64,000 bases of DNA from Octopus vulgaris (GCA_951406725.2 OX597842.1:6882001-6946000), one strand, 5' to 3'; positions 38,398 through 53,653 are shown, counted from the stretch's first letter. Numbers and translations are program-made. The notes: a model not told the origin generated them from the sequence alone.

Positions 38398-38648
38398 CAG
38401 ACAGGAGCACAGGAACACGAGTTCTTAGAACTACGAAGAAATTTTATCCCAATTTATCTGGCTGCTATCTGTGAATGTGATTCCACATTCTTCACATGGT
38501 AGAATGGTAAATAGTAGATGAAGACAGTAGTACTATCTTTTAGTATTATTATTATCATTATTTCTTTTTCAATTTTGTTGTTTTTTTTTTGTTGTTGTTT
38601 TTTTGTTTTGTTTTTTGCTATCTAATTCCGATCTGGTGCTATGTAGAC

Positions 38649-38780
38649 TCATAGCCTCGCTTGCAGCGGCTTTCGTGATGGCACCCAGCATCTCTTCTCC
38701 TCTCTTTTCTCACTATGGTAGGTAACTTGATCCCTGCTACCTCCATATCCATATCTACCAATATATGATATGCGAGTCAT
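38649..38780 (-). CDS. Possible terminal exon of an unidentified minus-strand gene (MTRISYIGRYGYGGSRDQVTYHSEKREEKRCWVPSRKPLQARL*)
   Basis: Unique, more GC-balanced island with one open frame after aaacAG. The acceptor lacks a good pyrimidine tract and no homology was recognised. Confidence 0.25.
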   Translation of the reverse strand: MTRISYIGRYGYGGSRDQVTYHSEKREEKRCWVPSRKPLQARL

Positions 38781-39386
38781 CTGTTTGTGTGTGTGTGTAT
38801 GTGTGTGTGTATGTGTATGTACAGATATACACACATACACACACATGCACACACCCTATATACATATAAACAAATGAAATAGAAAATAGAACCCACAAGA
38901 TTCTTTATTAATCACAATGATCATTTTAACCCATCTTGCATCGATCCCTTGTGGGTGAGATTCAATACAATTGGTTATGATGCGTCCTTCTCTACAGATG
39001 TATCTCGTTAGGTGACTTTCCAAAAACTGTCTTATTCAATAAACTCAGTCTTGCTTGGTTCAATTGTACAGCATATCCTTAATTGCCCGTAGGTGGTTGC
39101 CTCTCTCACACTCTATCTCTCTCTCTCTCTTTCTCTTTAAATATATATATACATATATATATATATCTAAGGATAAGATCGTTAACTTAAATTAAATAAT
39201 GATATTATCAAGTGGCCAGCATAGGAATAAAAACCTTCAAAGGTAATAATTATTATTAAAATTATAACTTAGGGTATCTACGAGATACCACCATGCTGCT
39301 ATTTTCACCTGAATATTACATGTATCAGTATAGTGATGGTGGGACACTGCTTCTACTTATTAAAATTCCATGGTTGAAACCAGTAA

Positions 39387-39455
<69 letters not shown>

Positions 39456-39456
39456 T

Positions 39457-39487
<31 letters not shown>

Positions 39488-39724
39488 CATCATCATCATC
39501 ATTTAGCGTCCGTTTTCCATGCTAGCATGGGTTGGACGGTTCAACTGGGGTCTGTGAAGCTGGAAGGAATCATCAGGCCCAATCAGATCTGGCAGTGTCC
39601 AGCCATAGAAACACTGCCAGATCTGACTGGGCCTGATGAAGCCTTCCAGCTTCACAGACCCCAGTTGAACCGTCCAACCCATGCTAGCATGGAAAACGGA
39701 CGCTAAATGATGATGATGATGATG

Positions 39725-39774
<50 letters not shown>

Positions 39775-39988
39775 TCATAGATAGATATTTGTATGTGTGT
39801 GTAAACATATACAGGCACAGATGTGGCTGTGTGGTAAGAAGTTTAGCTTCCCAACTACATGCTACTGGGTTCAGTCTCACTGTGTGGCACCTTAGGCAAG
39901 TGTCTTCTATTGTAACCTCGGGTCAACAAGTCTTCTGGGTGGATTCGGTTGATGCAAACTGAATAGAAGCCCGTCATGTATATATGTA

Positions 39989-40050
<62 letters not shown>

Positions 40051-40255
40051 TATTGAGCAATAAGAAAATGGAGGGGATCAATAGGTGGTTCATCAACTTT
40101 TAGACATTATATTATGTCAACTTATTTATTTATTTACTAAAATAACAATTACAACAATATACATACATGTATAACATATGCTTTACATATAAAATATATA
40201 AAGATACCAGTAATTATTAAAATATATAACAAACAGGAATAGAAATTGGAAAAAT

Positions 40256-40380
40256 ATCTTACAGCTGTTTCAGCCAAGAGGTAAAAATACCTCATTCTAC
40301 CTTTATCCCTCCAGTAGACTGAAGTAATTAGTAGATGAAATTGAGGTACCTGGGTGTTTCTCTGGGCTTTGTCAGAGATT
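40256..40380 (-). ncRNA. Decayed Penelope-type hammerhead with long stem II
   Basis: Minus strand reads ATCT-CTGACAA-AGCC..~90 nt..GGCT-GAAA-CAGCTG-TA-AGAT; G8 is mutated. Confidence 0.6.
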
Positions 40381-42029
40381 TTAGAAAGTACATAAGGTTA
40401 AGTTATAAATATAAATACACACACATTTACATACTTATACAAATATATATACATATGCATACATATACATAAATATACATAAATACATATAGTAATAATT
40501 ACTATAATCCTTGAATGGAATTTATAAACATTTATCACATCACTACACGCATTTCCACAAATCACATGTCTCTTAAGATTACAGTCCGTATTCCTGGGAT
40601 GATTACTGTGTAGTCCATAGTATCCATGGGTATCAGGTAGATCATCTTCATGGATTCATTTCTTCAGGTGATGTATGTGTGTGTGTGTGTGTGTTTGTCC
40701 CCTGCCACTGCCAGACAGCCGATGTTTGTTTGTTTACATCCCTATAACTTGGCAATTCAGCAAGAGATTGATAGAATAATTTCCAGTGTTAAAATAAAAT
40801 ACTGGAATTGATACATCTGACTATAATCTGTTCAAGTTTGTGCTGTAGCATGACTACAGTCTAATGATTGAAACAAGTAAGAAATATGTGGTGTGTCTGT
40901 GTGTCTCCTTGTCTCAGTATGCTAATTAGAAACAGGTGTGACTGTCATCGAAGTAGCATTTTTTGTTTCTAATTTTCTTTGGAATCATGTCTCGTTATGA
41001 GAAAATATTACCTTGTTTGGAAACAGGTGAGGGTTGGCAACAGGAAGGGCTCCCAGCCATAGAAAATGTGCCTCTGAAAATTTTGTCCGATCCATGCAAA
41101 GATGGAAAAGTGGATGTTAAATGATGATGATGATCAAAAACATTATGTTTAAGCAATGCATAGGTGTATGTGTATGTGTGTGTGCATGAGTTTTATATAA
41201 TTACTTAGTTTTAAAGTTTATTTTACTGCCCACAAGGAGCTACACACTGAAGGGACAAACAAGGACAAACAAACGAATTAAGTCAATTATATTGACCCCA
41301 GTGCGTAACTGGTACTTATTTAATCGACCCCGAAAGGATGAAAGGCAAAGTCGACCTCGGTGGAATTTGAACTCAGAACATAGCAAAAGACGAAATACCT
41401 ATTTCTTTACTACCCACAAGGGGCTAAACACAGAGGGGACAAACAAGGACAGACAAATGGATTAAGTCGATTATATCGACCCCAGTGCGTAACTAGCACT
41501 TATTTAATCAACCCCGAAAGGATGAAAGGCAAATTTGACCTCGGCGGAATTTGAACTCAGAACGTAGCAGCAGACGAAATACTGCTAAGCATTTTGCCCG
41601 GTGTGCTAATGTTTCTATTTAGTACCAGGTAAATTCTGGTCTATCTAGCCTCTGATTAAAGATGATCCTGCCATGACCATTCCATCTTATATTGTTGGGT
41701 ATATATGGTTAGTCTGCATTACTCCATAAAGAGCATCTCTACAGTTTCTTGGTTTCTCTGTCATATATACTCCTCCCTGGATGGGACACTGATCCATCGC
41801 AGCGTTACTCATTTTTACCAGCTGAGTGAACTGGAGTAACATAAAATTAAGAGTTTTGCTCAGAAACATAATGCACTTTTTGGTACAGGAATTGAAACCA
41901 CAATCTTACGATCTAACTTTAACCACTAAGCTATATGCTTCCATGAGTATTTGAGTTATATATAACATATATATACATATATATCTCTCTTTGTGGTAGA
42001 GAGATATATATGTATATATATGTATATAT

Positions 42030-42228
42030 ATGGACGCACGCAGTTGTCGAGTGGTACCTGCGTGAGCGGAAAAGACCACCACGACGGTGGAGTAACGATT
42101 TCAGGAGGACGATTGGGATCACGTGGATGAGAAAGGCGCGATCCAGAGAGGAGTGAACAGCGTGCTGTGATCAGCGGTGTCAAATGGACGCCTGACAGAC
42201 TGGTCGGTCAAAGTGATCAAAGTGATAC
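42030..42228 (+). mobile_element. Short 3' fragment of another RTE family
   Basis: WTHAVVEWYLRERKRPPRRWSNDF..WMRKARSREE; tandem TCAAAGTGA tail; embedded in (TA)n. Confidence 0.7.
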
Positions 42229-42815
42229 ATATATATATACACATATGTTTACACACATATATGCACATACATACTCAGGTGCAGGAGTGGCTGTGTGGTA
42301 AGTAGCTTGCTTACCAATGACATGGTTCCGGGTTCAGTCCCATTGTGTGACACCTTGGGCAAGTGTCTTCTACTATAGCCTCCAGCCGACCAAAGCCTTG
42401 TGAGTGGATTTAGTAAACAGAAACTGAAAGAAGCCTGTCGTATATATGTATATGCATATATATGTGCGTGTGTTGTTGTGTGTCTGTGTTTGTCTCCCCA
42501 ACATTGCTTGACAACCAATGCTGGTGTGTTTGCATCCCCATAACTTAGTGGTTCGGCAAAAGAGACCGATAGAATAACTACTAGGCTTACAAAGAATAAG
42601 TCCTGGGATCGATTTGTTCAACTTAAAGCGGTGCTCCAGCATGGCCACAGTCAAATGACTGAAACAAGCAAAAGAGTAAAAGTGTAACTGGTTATCCCCA
42701 AGTAAACTCTGATCCAGCTAACCTTTGATTAAAGATGTTCCTGATATGACCATCCCATCATTTATTGCTGGATATAGTAGTTAACATAAAATATTTATCA
42801 GTGCCTAAATTGCGT

Positions 42816-42851
<36 letters not shown>

Positions 42852-43049
42852 AAACTCTCTCACTGTTTCACTCACTTTCACTCACACTCTCTTTCACTTA
42901 GCCTCACACTCATATTCTCACCTTCATCAGCTTCACTCACACATTCATACAAATAATGAGATAATACCACACACACACACACACACACACACTGCTTATG
43001 TAACAATGACAACTACATATTACCACTGTATCTATTAAGCATCTGCTTG

Positions 43050-43081
<32 letters not shown>

Positions 43082-43312
43082 ACGTGTGCGTGTTTGCTGA
43101 CACTCTTCATCTCTGTCCTCACCCTATATCATGTAACATAATAATAATAATAATAATAATAATAGTTTATTTGCCAGAAGAGTGACAAATGAGGCAGGCG
43201 TTACAAAGATGGTTTGCATAACATGAGGGGGTGGGGGTCACTGTGCGGAAAAAAAACACACCCCCACACAAAATTAATGACAATTTTACTACTACAACTG
43301 CTGCTGCTGCTG

Positions 43313-43354
<42 letters not shown>

Positions 43355-46300
43355 AGCTCACCAGCTTAATGATTAAAATGATAATAATAATAATAATAAT
43401 AATAATAATCCTTTCTACTAAAGGTGCAAGGCCTGAAATTTTGGAGGGGACCGGGTGATTACATCGACCCTAATGTTTCCCTGGTACATAAATTTAATAA
43501 TAATAATAATAATAATAATAATGATAATGGTTTCAAATTTTGGCACAAGGCCAGCAATTTTGGGGAGAGAATAAGTTGATGACGGTGACCCCAGTGCTCA
43601 GCTGGTACTTATTTTATTGAGCTGAAAAGGATGAAAGGCAAAGCTGGCCACAGCAGAATTTGAACTGAGAATGTAAAGACATGAAATACTACTAAGCATT
43701 TTGCTTGCATCCTACAATTCTGGGCAGATTGCCATCTTAATAATAACAATAATAATGATAATCCTGTCAGCTAAAGATACAAAGCCTGAAATTTGTAAGG
43801 AGAGGACATGTCACTTACATCGACCCCAGTATGTAACTGGTACTTAATTCATCAACCCCGAAAGGATGAAAGGCAAATTTGACTTCAGTGGAATTTGAAC
43901 TCAGAGAATAAAGACAGCCAAAATGCCACTAAGCATCATTTTGTCTGGCGTGCTAACAATTCTGCCATCTTGCTGCCTTAATAATAATAATAATAATAAT
44001 AATGATAATAATAATAATAATAATAATAATAATGGTTTCATATTTTGGCACACGGCTAGAAAGTGTAGGAGAGGAGATAAGTGAATTACATCAGCCCCAG
44101 CGCTTAACTGGTAATTATTTTATCAACCCTGAAAGGAGGAAAAGCAAAGTTGATCCTGGTGGAATTTGAACTCTGAATGTAAGGATTGATAAAATGCCAC
44201 TAAGCATTTTGCCTAGCATGCTAACAATTCTGCCATCTTGCCACCTTCAGTCATGTAAATAATAATGTTCCTTTCTATTATAGGCACAAGGCCTGAAATT
44301 TTGGGGGAGTGGGGTTAGTCAATTACATTGTCCCCAGTGCTTGACTGGTACTCATTTTATCGACCCTCAAAGAATGACAAGCAAAGTTGACCTCAGCAGA
44401 ATTTGAACTCAGGATAGAAGACGGGCTGGTCACAGCTGGAACATCTTTGATCATAAATCTTCTAGATCCGGACTGACCTGGGGTTTAACAACAACAACAG
44501 GAACTATAACCACTGATATTACTATACATTAGGCAATGTAGTACTAGATATACTATGTTTGAATAAGAGATGGGATGGTCACAGCTGGAACATCTTTGAT
44601 CATAAGTCTGTTGGATGAGTACTGACCCAGGGCTAAACAGCAACATCAAGAATATCCACTAATACTAAGTACTATACTATATATTAGGTAATGTAATCCC
44701 AAATACACGTCTGAATACAAGGTGGAATGGTCACAGTTGGAAAATATTTAATCATAGGTCTGCTGGATCAGGACTGACCTGGGGTTAAACAACAGCTACT
44801 ACAACCAGTAATACTAACTACTATGCTGTACATTGGATAATGTAGTTCTAGAGGCAGTATGTCTGAATATAGGATGAGATGGTCACAGCTGGAACATCTT
44901 TAATCATTGCTATACCACATTACCACTATTATGCTGCCATCGCAACCACTATACTGCCACCGCTACTCCTTACAAAACAGCCATGTTATCAGATAGTAAT
45001 TCAATCCTTGGCAAAGTTCCACATGGTAAATAATAATAATAATAATAATAATAACAACAACAACAATAACTTGGTATTTAGGTTAGAGGGGGAATCTGTA
45101 ATTTAACATTCTATCTACCTATCTATTTTGTGTATATATCTGTCTGTATATACCTGTGTGCACACAAATACGTTTGTATTTACCTAATATATGTGTGTTT
45201 GTGTGTATCTTTATACCATACACACACACATACACATATCATCATCATCATCGTTTAACGTCCGTTTTCCATGCTGGTATGGGTTGGACGGTTTGACTGA
45301 CGTCTGGAGAGCCAGGAGGCTGCACCAGGCTCCAATCTGATCTGGCAGTGTTTCTACAGCTGGATGCCCTTCCTAATGCCAACCACTCTGAGAATGTAGT
45401 AGGTACTTTTTACATGCCACCAGCCTGGCATTGATCACATTTGGATAGTGCTTTTAACATGCCATCAGCACGGGAGACAGTCAGGTGGTCCTGACCACAG
45501 CTGTGATTTTGCTTTTACTTGACTCAACAGGTCTTCTCAAGCATATCATATTGCCCAGTGCATCAAGGGTACTCTTAAATGGGCCGGACATGCAACACTG
45601 GCATTGGCCATGGCTGTGATCTCATATTAGTTTCTGGGTCTTCTCTATCACAGCACATTTCCAAAGGTCTTCGTCTCTTGTCATTTCCTCAGTGAGGCCC
45701 AGTGTTCAGAGGCCATGCTTCACCATCTTATCCCATGTCTTCCTGTGTCTACCTTCTCCACAGGTTCCTTCTACAGTGACACTTCCTCACACAGTTGTCC
45801 TCATCCGTATGTAACACATGACCATACTAGCACAGTCGTCTCTCTTGTACACTACATTTGATGCTTCTTATGTCCAACTTTTCTCTCAGGGTGCTTACAC
45901 TGTGTCGTGTATGCACACTGACATTGCACATCCTTGACACTGTGTGTGTGTTTTATATATCATCATCATCATTTAACGTCTTTTGTCTATGCTGGCATGG
46001 GTTGGACACTTCGACCAGTACTGGCAAACTAGAAGGCTGCACCTGACTCCAGTCTGATTTGGCATGGTTTCTATGGCTGGAGACCCTTCCTAATGCCAAC
46101 CACTCCGAGAGTGTAATGGATGCTTTTATATGCCACCACCATAGGTGCCATTTGTGTAACGTCAGTATCTGCCACAACTGCAATTTTACTTGGCTTGATG
46201 GGTTTTCTTCTCAAGCATGACATAATGCAAAAGGTCTTCATGAAGCCCAACACTAGAAAGGAGCTTTTTACATGCCATTGGCAACAGCCGCTTTGCCTCC

Positions 46301-46879
46301 GTGAAGCCCAACACTCAAAAGATGCTTTTTACATGCCACCAGCATGAATACCAGATATGTGATTCTAGCATCAGCCATGACTACGATTTCACTTGGCTTG
46401 ATGGGTCCTCTCAAGCACAGCATATCGCCAAAGGCTTTGGTTATTAATCATTGCCTCTGTGAGGCCCAAAGTTCGAAGCTCATCCTTCAGCACCTTGACC
46501 CATGTCTTCCTGGATCTACCTTTACTACAGGTTACTTCTACTGTTAGAGATCAGCATATATATAGAGGCCTTGGGATATATATGTAAGTGTCTCATTTAT
46601 AACCACATATTAACTTATCACACCTGGTTAATATGAGCATAATGAGATACCCATATCTACATGGCTGATACAGCTGTAAGATATAGTTTATATTTATATT
46701 TATATTTATTTATACGTATTGTACTTATTGTATCATATTACTCATTGGTGTGCACTGTTTTGTTCTGTATTATTGTGTTTGATCTTGATGTTCATATGTA
46801 GTTGGTTAATAAATTATGTGAATGGATATTATCTGGTTGCTGATTATTGATTAAGGTGTATTCCTCCATTTTCTTATTT

Positions 46880-46937
<58 letters not shown>

Positions 46938-49519
46938 ATTGTTATTTTCATGAATGAAAATAAAATTATAAACAAAATTCAAAATTTTTACACTTTTAAC
47001 ACATATTGATCATGATCAACATAAATAAAAGTGAGTTTTAGAAAAAATGCATCCGATTTCACTCAAATCATCATTAATTCTGGGGCACCCTGTATTTACT
47101 CGTCCAACTAAACAGGGGAGGAAACATGGAGGGGACTAATTTCAGGTAGCAAGTGCAGCTTCCCGAAGTGGTCACACGGTCAAACTCAAACGGCAGTGAG
47201 TCACAACAGCAGTTTGTTTTTCTAGATGAACTATAGTTCAGACATGGAGGACATAGAAAGCAGACATGCTGTGGGGCCATGCTGCGTTGCGCAGGATTGG
47301 AAACATGAAGCATCAACAGGGCACTTCTGGAGAATGGATGAATGGGTTTGTTGTGCCTTTACCCAGCTGCACACACATGTACATGGCCCTGTGGTGCGTG
47401 GGATGGTAACATGAAGCATCAATAGGGAACCTACAAAAATTTTAATGTTCTTCTCATTTCCTCTGCCAAATTGGACAAAAAGGTTTCCATGAAATATTAT
47501 ACACTACTTATAATGCATAAGTAGTGTCAATATTTTACCATCGGAAGATGGTCTAAAACAAAGATAAAACTCAGTGCAGTATATTCAAATCTGATTAATC
47601 TGCATTTATGGTTCGAGGGGGGGGGGGGCTATATTCAGCATCGGAAATTTGTTTTAGTCAACAGCAATTCAAGGAGCCTGATTAATGTTTGTTGCAAATT
47701 TGGAGGAAAGTGACTGGATACCCTTCAAGTTACGGGCCTTAATGCTGCAAAAATGCTTAAAGAATGTGGTTTTATCTGCCCCTAGGCCTACATTAGACAA
47801 GATATTGAAAGTTTTTTTTTGGCCCATTACACTCCATGGACCCTATGTAATGCATATATAAAATTTCATTAAAATCAGTTGGGTAGATCTCAAGTTTTAA
47901 CATTACAAACACACATCCTGTGTTTTATATATATATATAAAACATAGGATGTGTGTTTGTAATGTTGTTAAAACTTGAGATATATGTATACAGACACACA
48001 CACAAACACACAGTAGAATAAGAAATAGAAAATTCTTGGTACAGTATCATCATCATCATCATCATTTAACATCCATCTTCCATGCTAGCATGAGTGAGAT
48101 GGTACCACAAGAGCTGGCCAGGCCGAAGCCTCCACCAGACTTTTGTGACTGTTTTGACAGAATTTTTACAGCTGGATGCCTTATATTTGAAAAGAATTAA
48201 TAGAAATGGCTTTTCTGATTTAATAATTATACTTTAATAATTAGATGTTTATAAGTTTACAAAAGGTGAGTTTGATAAAGAATTTCTCAGTTAAAAGCAG
48301 CTTTCAAACTGATATTTTAGAGTTTGTTATTCACTGTTTAAATAAGGAGTGGTTAATTACAAACATACACACATACAAACAGTGTGTTCAATATAATATA
48401 AATAAATATTTTCAAAGTGGAAAAATTTACGAATTGTACCGATATTTTAATCCATTCTTGTTGCTTTTTTCCTATTTGTAATCACCCCACTTGTCGTATG
48501 GTTAACACCATATAGATTTCCGGTGCATCCTAGTTAAGGACCATATTCATGTGAATTCATTAGAACTCACTTGAATCTCAATTACTTAAACCGTATATAT
48601 ATATATATAGATAGATAGATAAATAGATAGATATAAAAATTTATTCATGATCAGAGTTGTTCGTAAATTGAGGTTCTACTGTATATATATTTATATATAC
48701 ATGGTTCCGGGTTCAGTCCCACTGCGTGGCATCTTGGGCAAGTGTCTTCTGCTATAGCTCCGGGTCAACCAATGCCTTGTGAGTGGATTCGGTAGACGGA
48801 AACTGAAAGAAGCCTGTCATATATATGTATATATATATATATATGTATGTATGTGTTTGTGTGTCTGTGTTTGTCCCCCTAGCATTGCTTGACAACTGAT
48901 GCTGGTGTGTTTACGTCTCCGTCACTTAGCGATTCGGCAAAAGAGACCGATAGAATAAGTGCAAGGCTTGCAAAGAATAAGTCCCGGGGTCGATTTGCTT
49001 GATTAAAGTCAGTGCTCCAGCAGGGCTGCAGTCAAATGACTGAAACAAGTAAAAGAGTATATATATCAATGTGTATGCATCTTTGTGTCTATGTATGTCA
49101 TATGCAACTGCTTGCCAACCAATTTTGGTGTATTTCTGTTCCCATAACTTAGCAGTTCATCAAAATATACTGATGAATAAGTATCAGGCTTAAAAAAATA
49201 TGTCCTGGAGTCAATTTGTTTGACTAAAACCCTTCAAGGCAGTGCCCCAGCATGGCCACAGCCAAATGACTAAAACAAGTAAAAGATAGAAGATAAAAGA
49301 TTCCCTTTTCTTCTGCTTCCACTCTTTCTGAACTGCCAGTCATCACCTCCTCACCACAACTTTTCCTGCAACTCATGTTTATCATCAATTGCAATCCACC
49401 CTTGTTTACCATTCACTCCCCACCTCTAACCATCTATCCCCACCTATCCTTCCTTCTCTTCTGCCCCACTTCTCTCATCTATTTGTTTTCTTGATCCTTG
49501 AGGGCACACTGTGACACTG

Positions 49520-49678
49520 TCAGCAGTACCTTTCTCTCTCTCTCTCTTCTCTCTCTCTCCCTCTCTCTCTCTCTCTCCTCCTTCTTTCTCTCTTTCTCTC
49601 TTTCTCTCTCTCCTTCTATCTCTCTCTCTTTCTATCTCTCTCTCACTCACTCTCTCTCTCTTTCTCTTTCTCTTTCTT

Positions 49679-49738
<60 letters not shown>

Positions 49739-49750
49739 CCTTCCTCCCTC
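49520..49750. repeat. (CT)n polypyrimidine microsatellite
   Basis: Direct inspection. Confidence 0.95.
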
Positions 49751-51241
49751 CTGCTCCACTTAAATTAATTCCACCCACACTTATAAAATGCAGTTGGCAA
49801 AATGAGCCATACCTGTAATTCAAAGGGCTAGCCTTGTCCCTTAATTTCACCTGCAAGCTGTTCCCTGGATTATTCCAACCAGAACCCTCGTCTTCTTGAA
49901 CAAGACACTTATTTCACAGAATACTGGGAATGAATAACACTGCTTGCATCACAGTGACAATCATTTACAACTATCACACAATGCCAAAGTAAGAAAAACA
50001 AACATATGCACATTCACACACATACACACACACACTCTCTCACACACTCACACTCACACACATGCGCATGAGTAAGATACTTTATTTCACATTACTCCAG
50101 TCCACATGAGTGTGGCTCAGTGGTTAGAGTGTCGAGCTTACAATCGTGAGGTTGTGAGTTCGATTCCCGGACCGGGCTGTGTGTTGTGTTCTTGAGCAAG
50201 ACACTTTATTTCACATTACTCCAGTCCACATGCGCATGGCTCAGTGGTTAGAGCATAGAGCTTACGATCATGAGGCTATGAGTTCGATTCCTAGACTGGG
50301 CTGTGAGTTGTGTTCTTGAACAAGACACTTTATTTCACGTTGCTTCAGTTCACTCAGCTGTAGAAATGAGTTGTGAGGTCACAGGTGCCAAGCTGTATCG
50401 GCCCCTTTGCCTTTCCCTTGGATAACATCAGGGGTGTGGAGAGGGGAGGTTGGTATGCATGGGTGATTGCTGGTCTTCCATAAAACAACCTTGCCCGGAC
50501 TTGTGCCTTGGAGAGTAACTTTCTAGTTACAATCCCATGGTCATTCATGGCCGAAGGGGGTCTCCTCCTCCTCCAGTCCACTCAGCTGGCAAATATGAGT
50601 AATACTTTTATTTCAAAGGTCCAACCTTATCACATTCTGTGTCATGCTGAATCTCCCTCAGGATATGCATGTCTGTTGAATACTCAGCCACTTGTACGTT
50701 AATTTCACTATCAGGCTGTTCCATTGATCGGATCAACTAGAACCTTTGTCATTGTAACCAATGGAGTAGCAGTTATTTTATGTTGTCCCAATCCACTCAG
50801 CTGGCAAAAATTAGTAGTATCCATATTTCAAAGGGACCAACCTTGTCACATCTGTGTCATGCTAAATCTCCCTGAGAACTACATTAAGGGTAAATGTGTC
50901 TGTGGATTGCTCAGCCACTTGCACATTAATTTCATAAGCAAGATGCTTTGTTTATCAGATAAACTAGAACCCTCGTTGTCATAACCGACGGAGCACCAAT
51001 TCATACCTGTGTATGTATGCAAATTTACGTCTTCTTATATTTACTCAGTCAATACACACAGACACACACTTTATTCACACATTAAATCAACAGTTGCCAC
51101 AGCAGGATTTCTCAAGACAAAGTTACATAACTTCATATGCACGCCCACTATATGATATGTATAAGTGTATATCCCCATATATATAATATACAGTATATAT
51201 ATAATGTATATATGATATATATATATGTGTGTATGTATGTG

Positions 51242-51295
<54 letters not shown>

Positions 51296-51342
51296 TATGA
51301 TATATATATATATATATATATGATATATATATATATGATATA

Positions 51343-51373
<31 letters not shown>

Positions 51374-52314
51374 GATATATATATATGATATATACATACA
51401 TATATATATACACATACGTACACACACACTCTCTTTCTCTCTCTTACCACAAAACTCCATTGTTCTGTTTACTCTCCATATAATTTTTTTATAGATAATC
51501 TCTGAATTTCTTCAATCACTTCATTGTTCCTTCAGGTGGATGTTGTTATTGTGGTGATGATGTAGTTGTCAGACACTATTTTTTTCTCATTGCCTCAGGG
51601 CATAAAAATTTCAGTTTTTCTTACATATGTATATATATATATATAAATATTTGTGTGTATGTATATATATATATATAAATATTTGTGTGTATGTATATAT
51701 ATATCATCATCATCATCATCATCATTTAGCGTCCGTTTTCCATGCTAGCATGGGTTGGACGATTCAACTGGGGTCTGGGGAGCCCGAAGGCTGCACCAGG
51801 CCAGTCAGATCTGGCAGTGTTTCTACAGCTGGATGCCCTTCCTAACGCCAACCACTCCGAGAGGTAGTGGGTGATTTTATGTGCCACCGACACAGGTGCC
51901 AGACGAGGCTGGCGAACGGCCACGCTCGGATGGTGTTTTTATGTGCCACCGACACAGGTGCCAGACGAGGCTGGCAGACGGCCACGCTCGGATGGTGTTT
52001 TTATGTGCCACCGACACAGGTGCCAGATGAGGCTGGCGGACGGCCACGATCGGATGGTGTTTGTTACGTCCCCAAAGCACGGAGGCCAGTCTATGCGGTA
52101 CTGGCTACGGCCACGTTCGGATGATTTTCTTGTGTGCCACCGGCACTGGTCCACAAAGATACAAATTCCATTGATGTTCATCTATTTTGATTTGTTTTGA
52201 TTTGATTTGATTTTGATTTGATTTTCACTTGCCTACAAATTCCATTGATGTTCATCTATATTGATGTTCATCTACTAATATTTAGAAATATGTGTGTATG
52301 TATATATATATATG

Positions 52315-52358
<44 letters not shown>

Positions 52359-53653
52359 TACATACATACCTATGTACACACATGCATATATATATTTGTA
52401 TACATACATACATACATACATATATATATGAGGTGAGCTGGTAGAACCATTAGCATGCCAGGCAAAATACTTAGCAGTATTTCATTCATCCTTACATTCT
52501 GAGTTCAAATTTTGCTATGGTCAACTTAGCCTTTCCTCCTTGCGGGGCCAATAAAATAAGTACCAGTTGAGTACCAGTATCAACTTAATCAACTTAACTA
52601 CTTTTGGGTAAGAGTGTAAAATCTGCATCTTTCTGCCAAGCCATGTCGAGCCAGTGTGGCAGAGTAGGCTCAAATTTACAGTCTCCACATCAGACCTTGG
52701 TTGATGGAGGAAACTGTGTGGCGCCTTAGGCAAGTGTCTTCTACGATAACCTTGGACTGACCAAAGCCTTATGAGTTAGGTAGATGGAAACTGAAAGGAA
52801 GCCCATCATATATGTGTGTGTGTGTATGTGTGTCTTTGTATCTGTGTCTGTCCTCCTCCATTGCTTGACGACCAGTGATATTGTGTTTAAGTACTCAGAA
52901 CTTAGTGGTTTGGCAAAAGAGAGTAATGGAATACCGGGCTTAAAGAAAATGTACTGGGGCTGCTTCATTCAACTAGATTTCGTCAAGATAATGCCCCAGT
53001 ATGGCTGCAATCTAATGACAAAGAATTGAAGATCTATATAAAAAGACATCCAGTACACTCTATACAGTGGTTGGAGTTAGGAAGGGCATCAGACTGGATC
53101 ATGATGCTGCTCTCCGGATTATCAGTTCCAGCCAAACTCTTTAATGCATGGTAGCATGGGAAATGAATGTAGGATGATGATGATGATGAGCTTCTAAACA
53201 GTTTCCTATTTCTTTATTGCCCACAAGGGGCTAAACATAGAGGGAACAAACAAGGACAGACAAAGGGATTAAGTCGATTACATCGATCCCAGTGCGTAAC
53301 TGGTACTTGTTTAATCGGTCCCGAAAGGATGAAAGGTAAAGTCGACCTTGGCAAAATTTGAACTCAGACGAAATACCTATTTCTTTACTACCCACAAGGG
53401 GCTAAACACAGAGAGGACAAACAAAGACTTAATTTATTGACCCCGAAAGGATGAAAGGCAAAGTCGACCTAGGTTAATAATAATAGGTTAATTCTAAAAT
53501 GTGTATACTGATGGGTATACCCAGATATAGAAAAGCAGTAAACAGATATAGAATTGGAGTAAGCAGATCTATCCGTAAGAATATATGTACAGACATTCAT
53601 ATATAGTCAGATATGCATCTAGACAACATGCACTTATGTCAACCCCCCCCCCC

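Noticed and set aside
48321-48351. Possible next MEI1 exon EFVIHCLNKEW (phase-1 acceptor)
   Set aside because: Shorter than expected, weak donor, similarity within chance.
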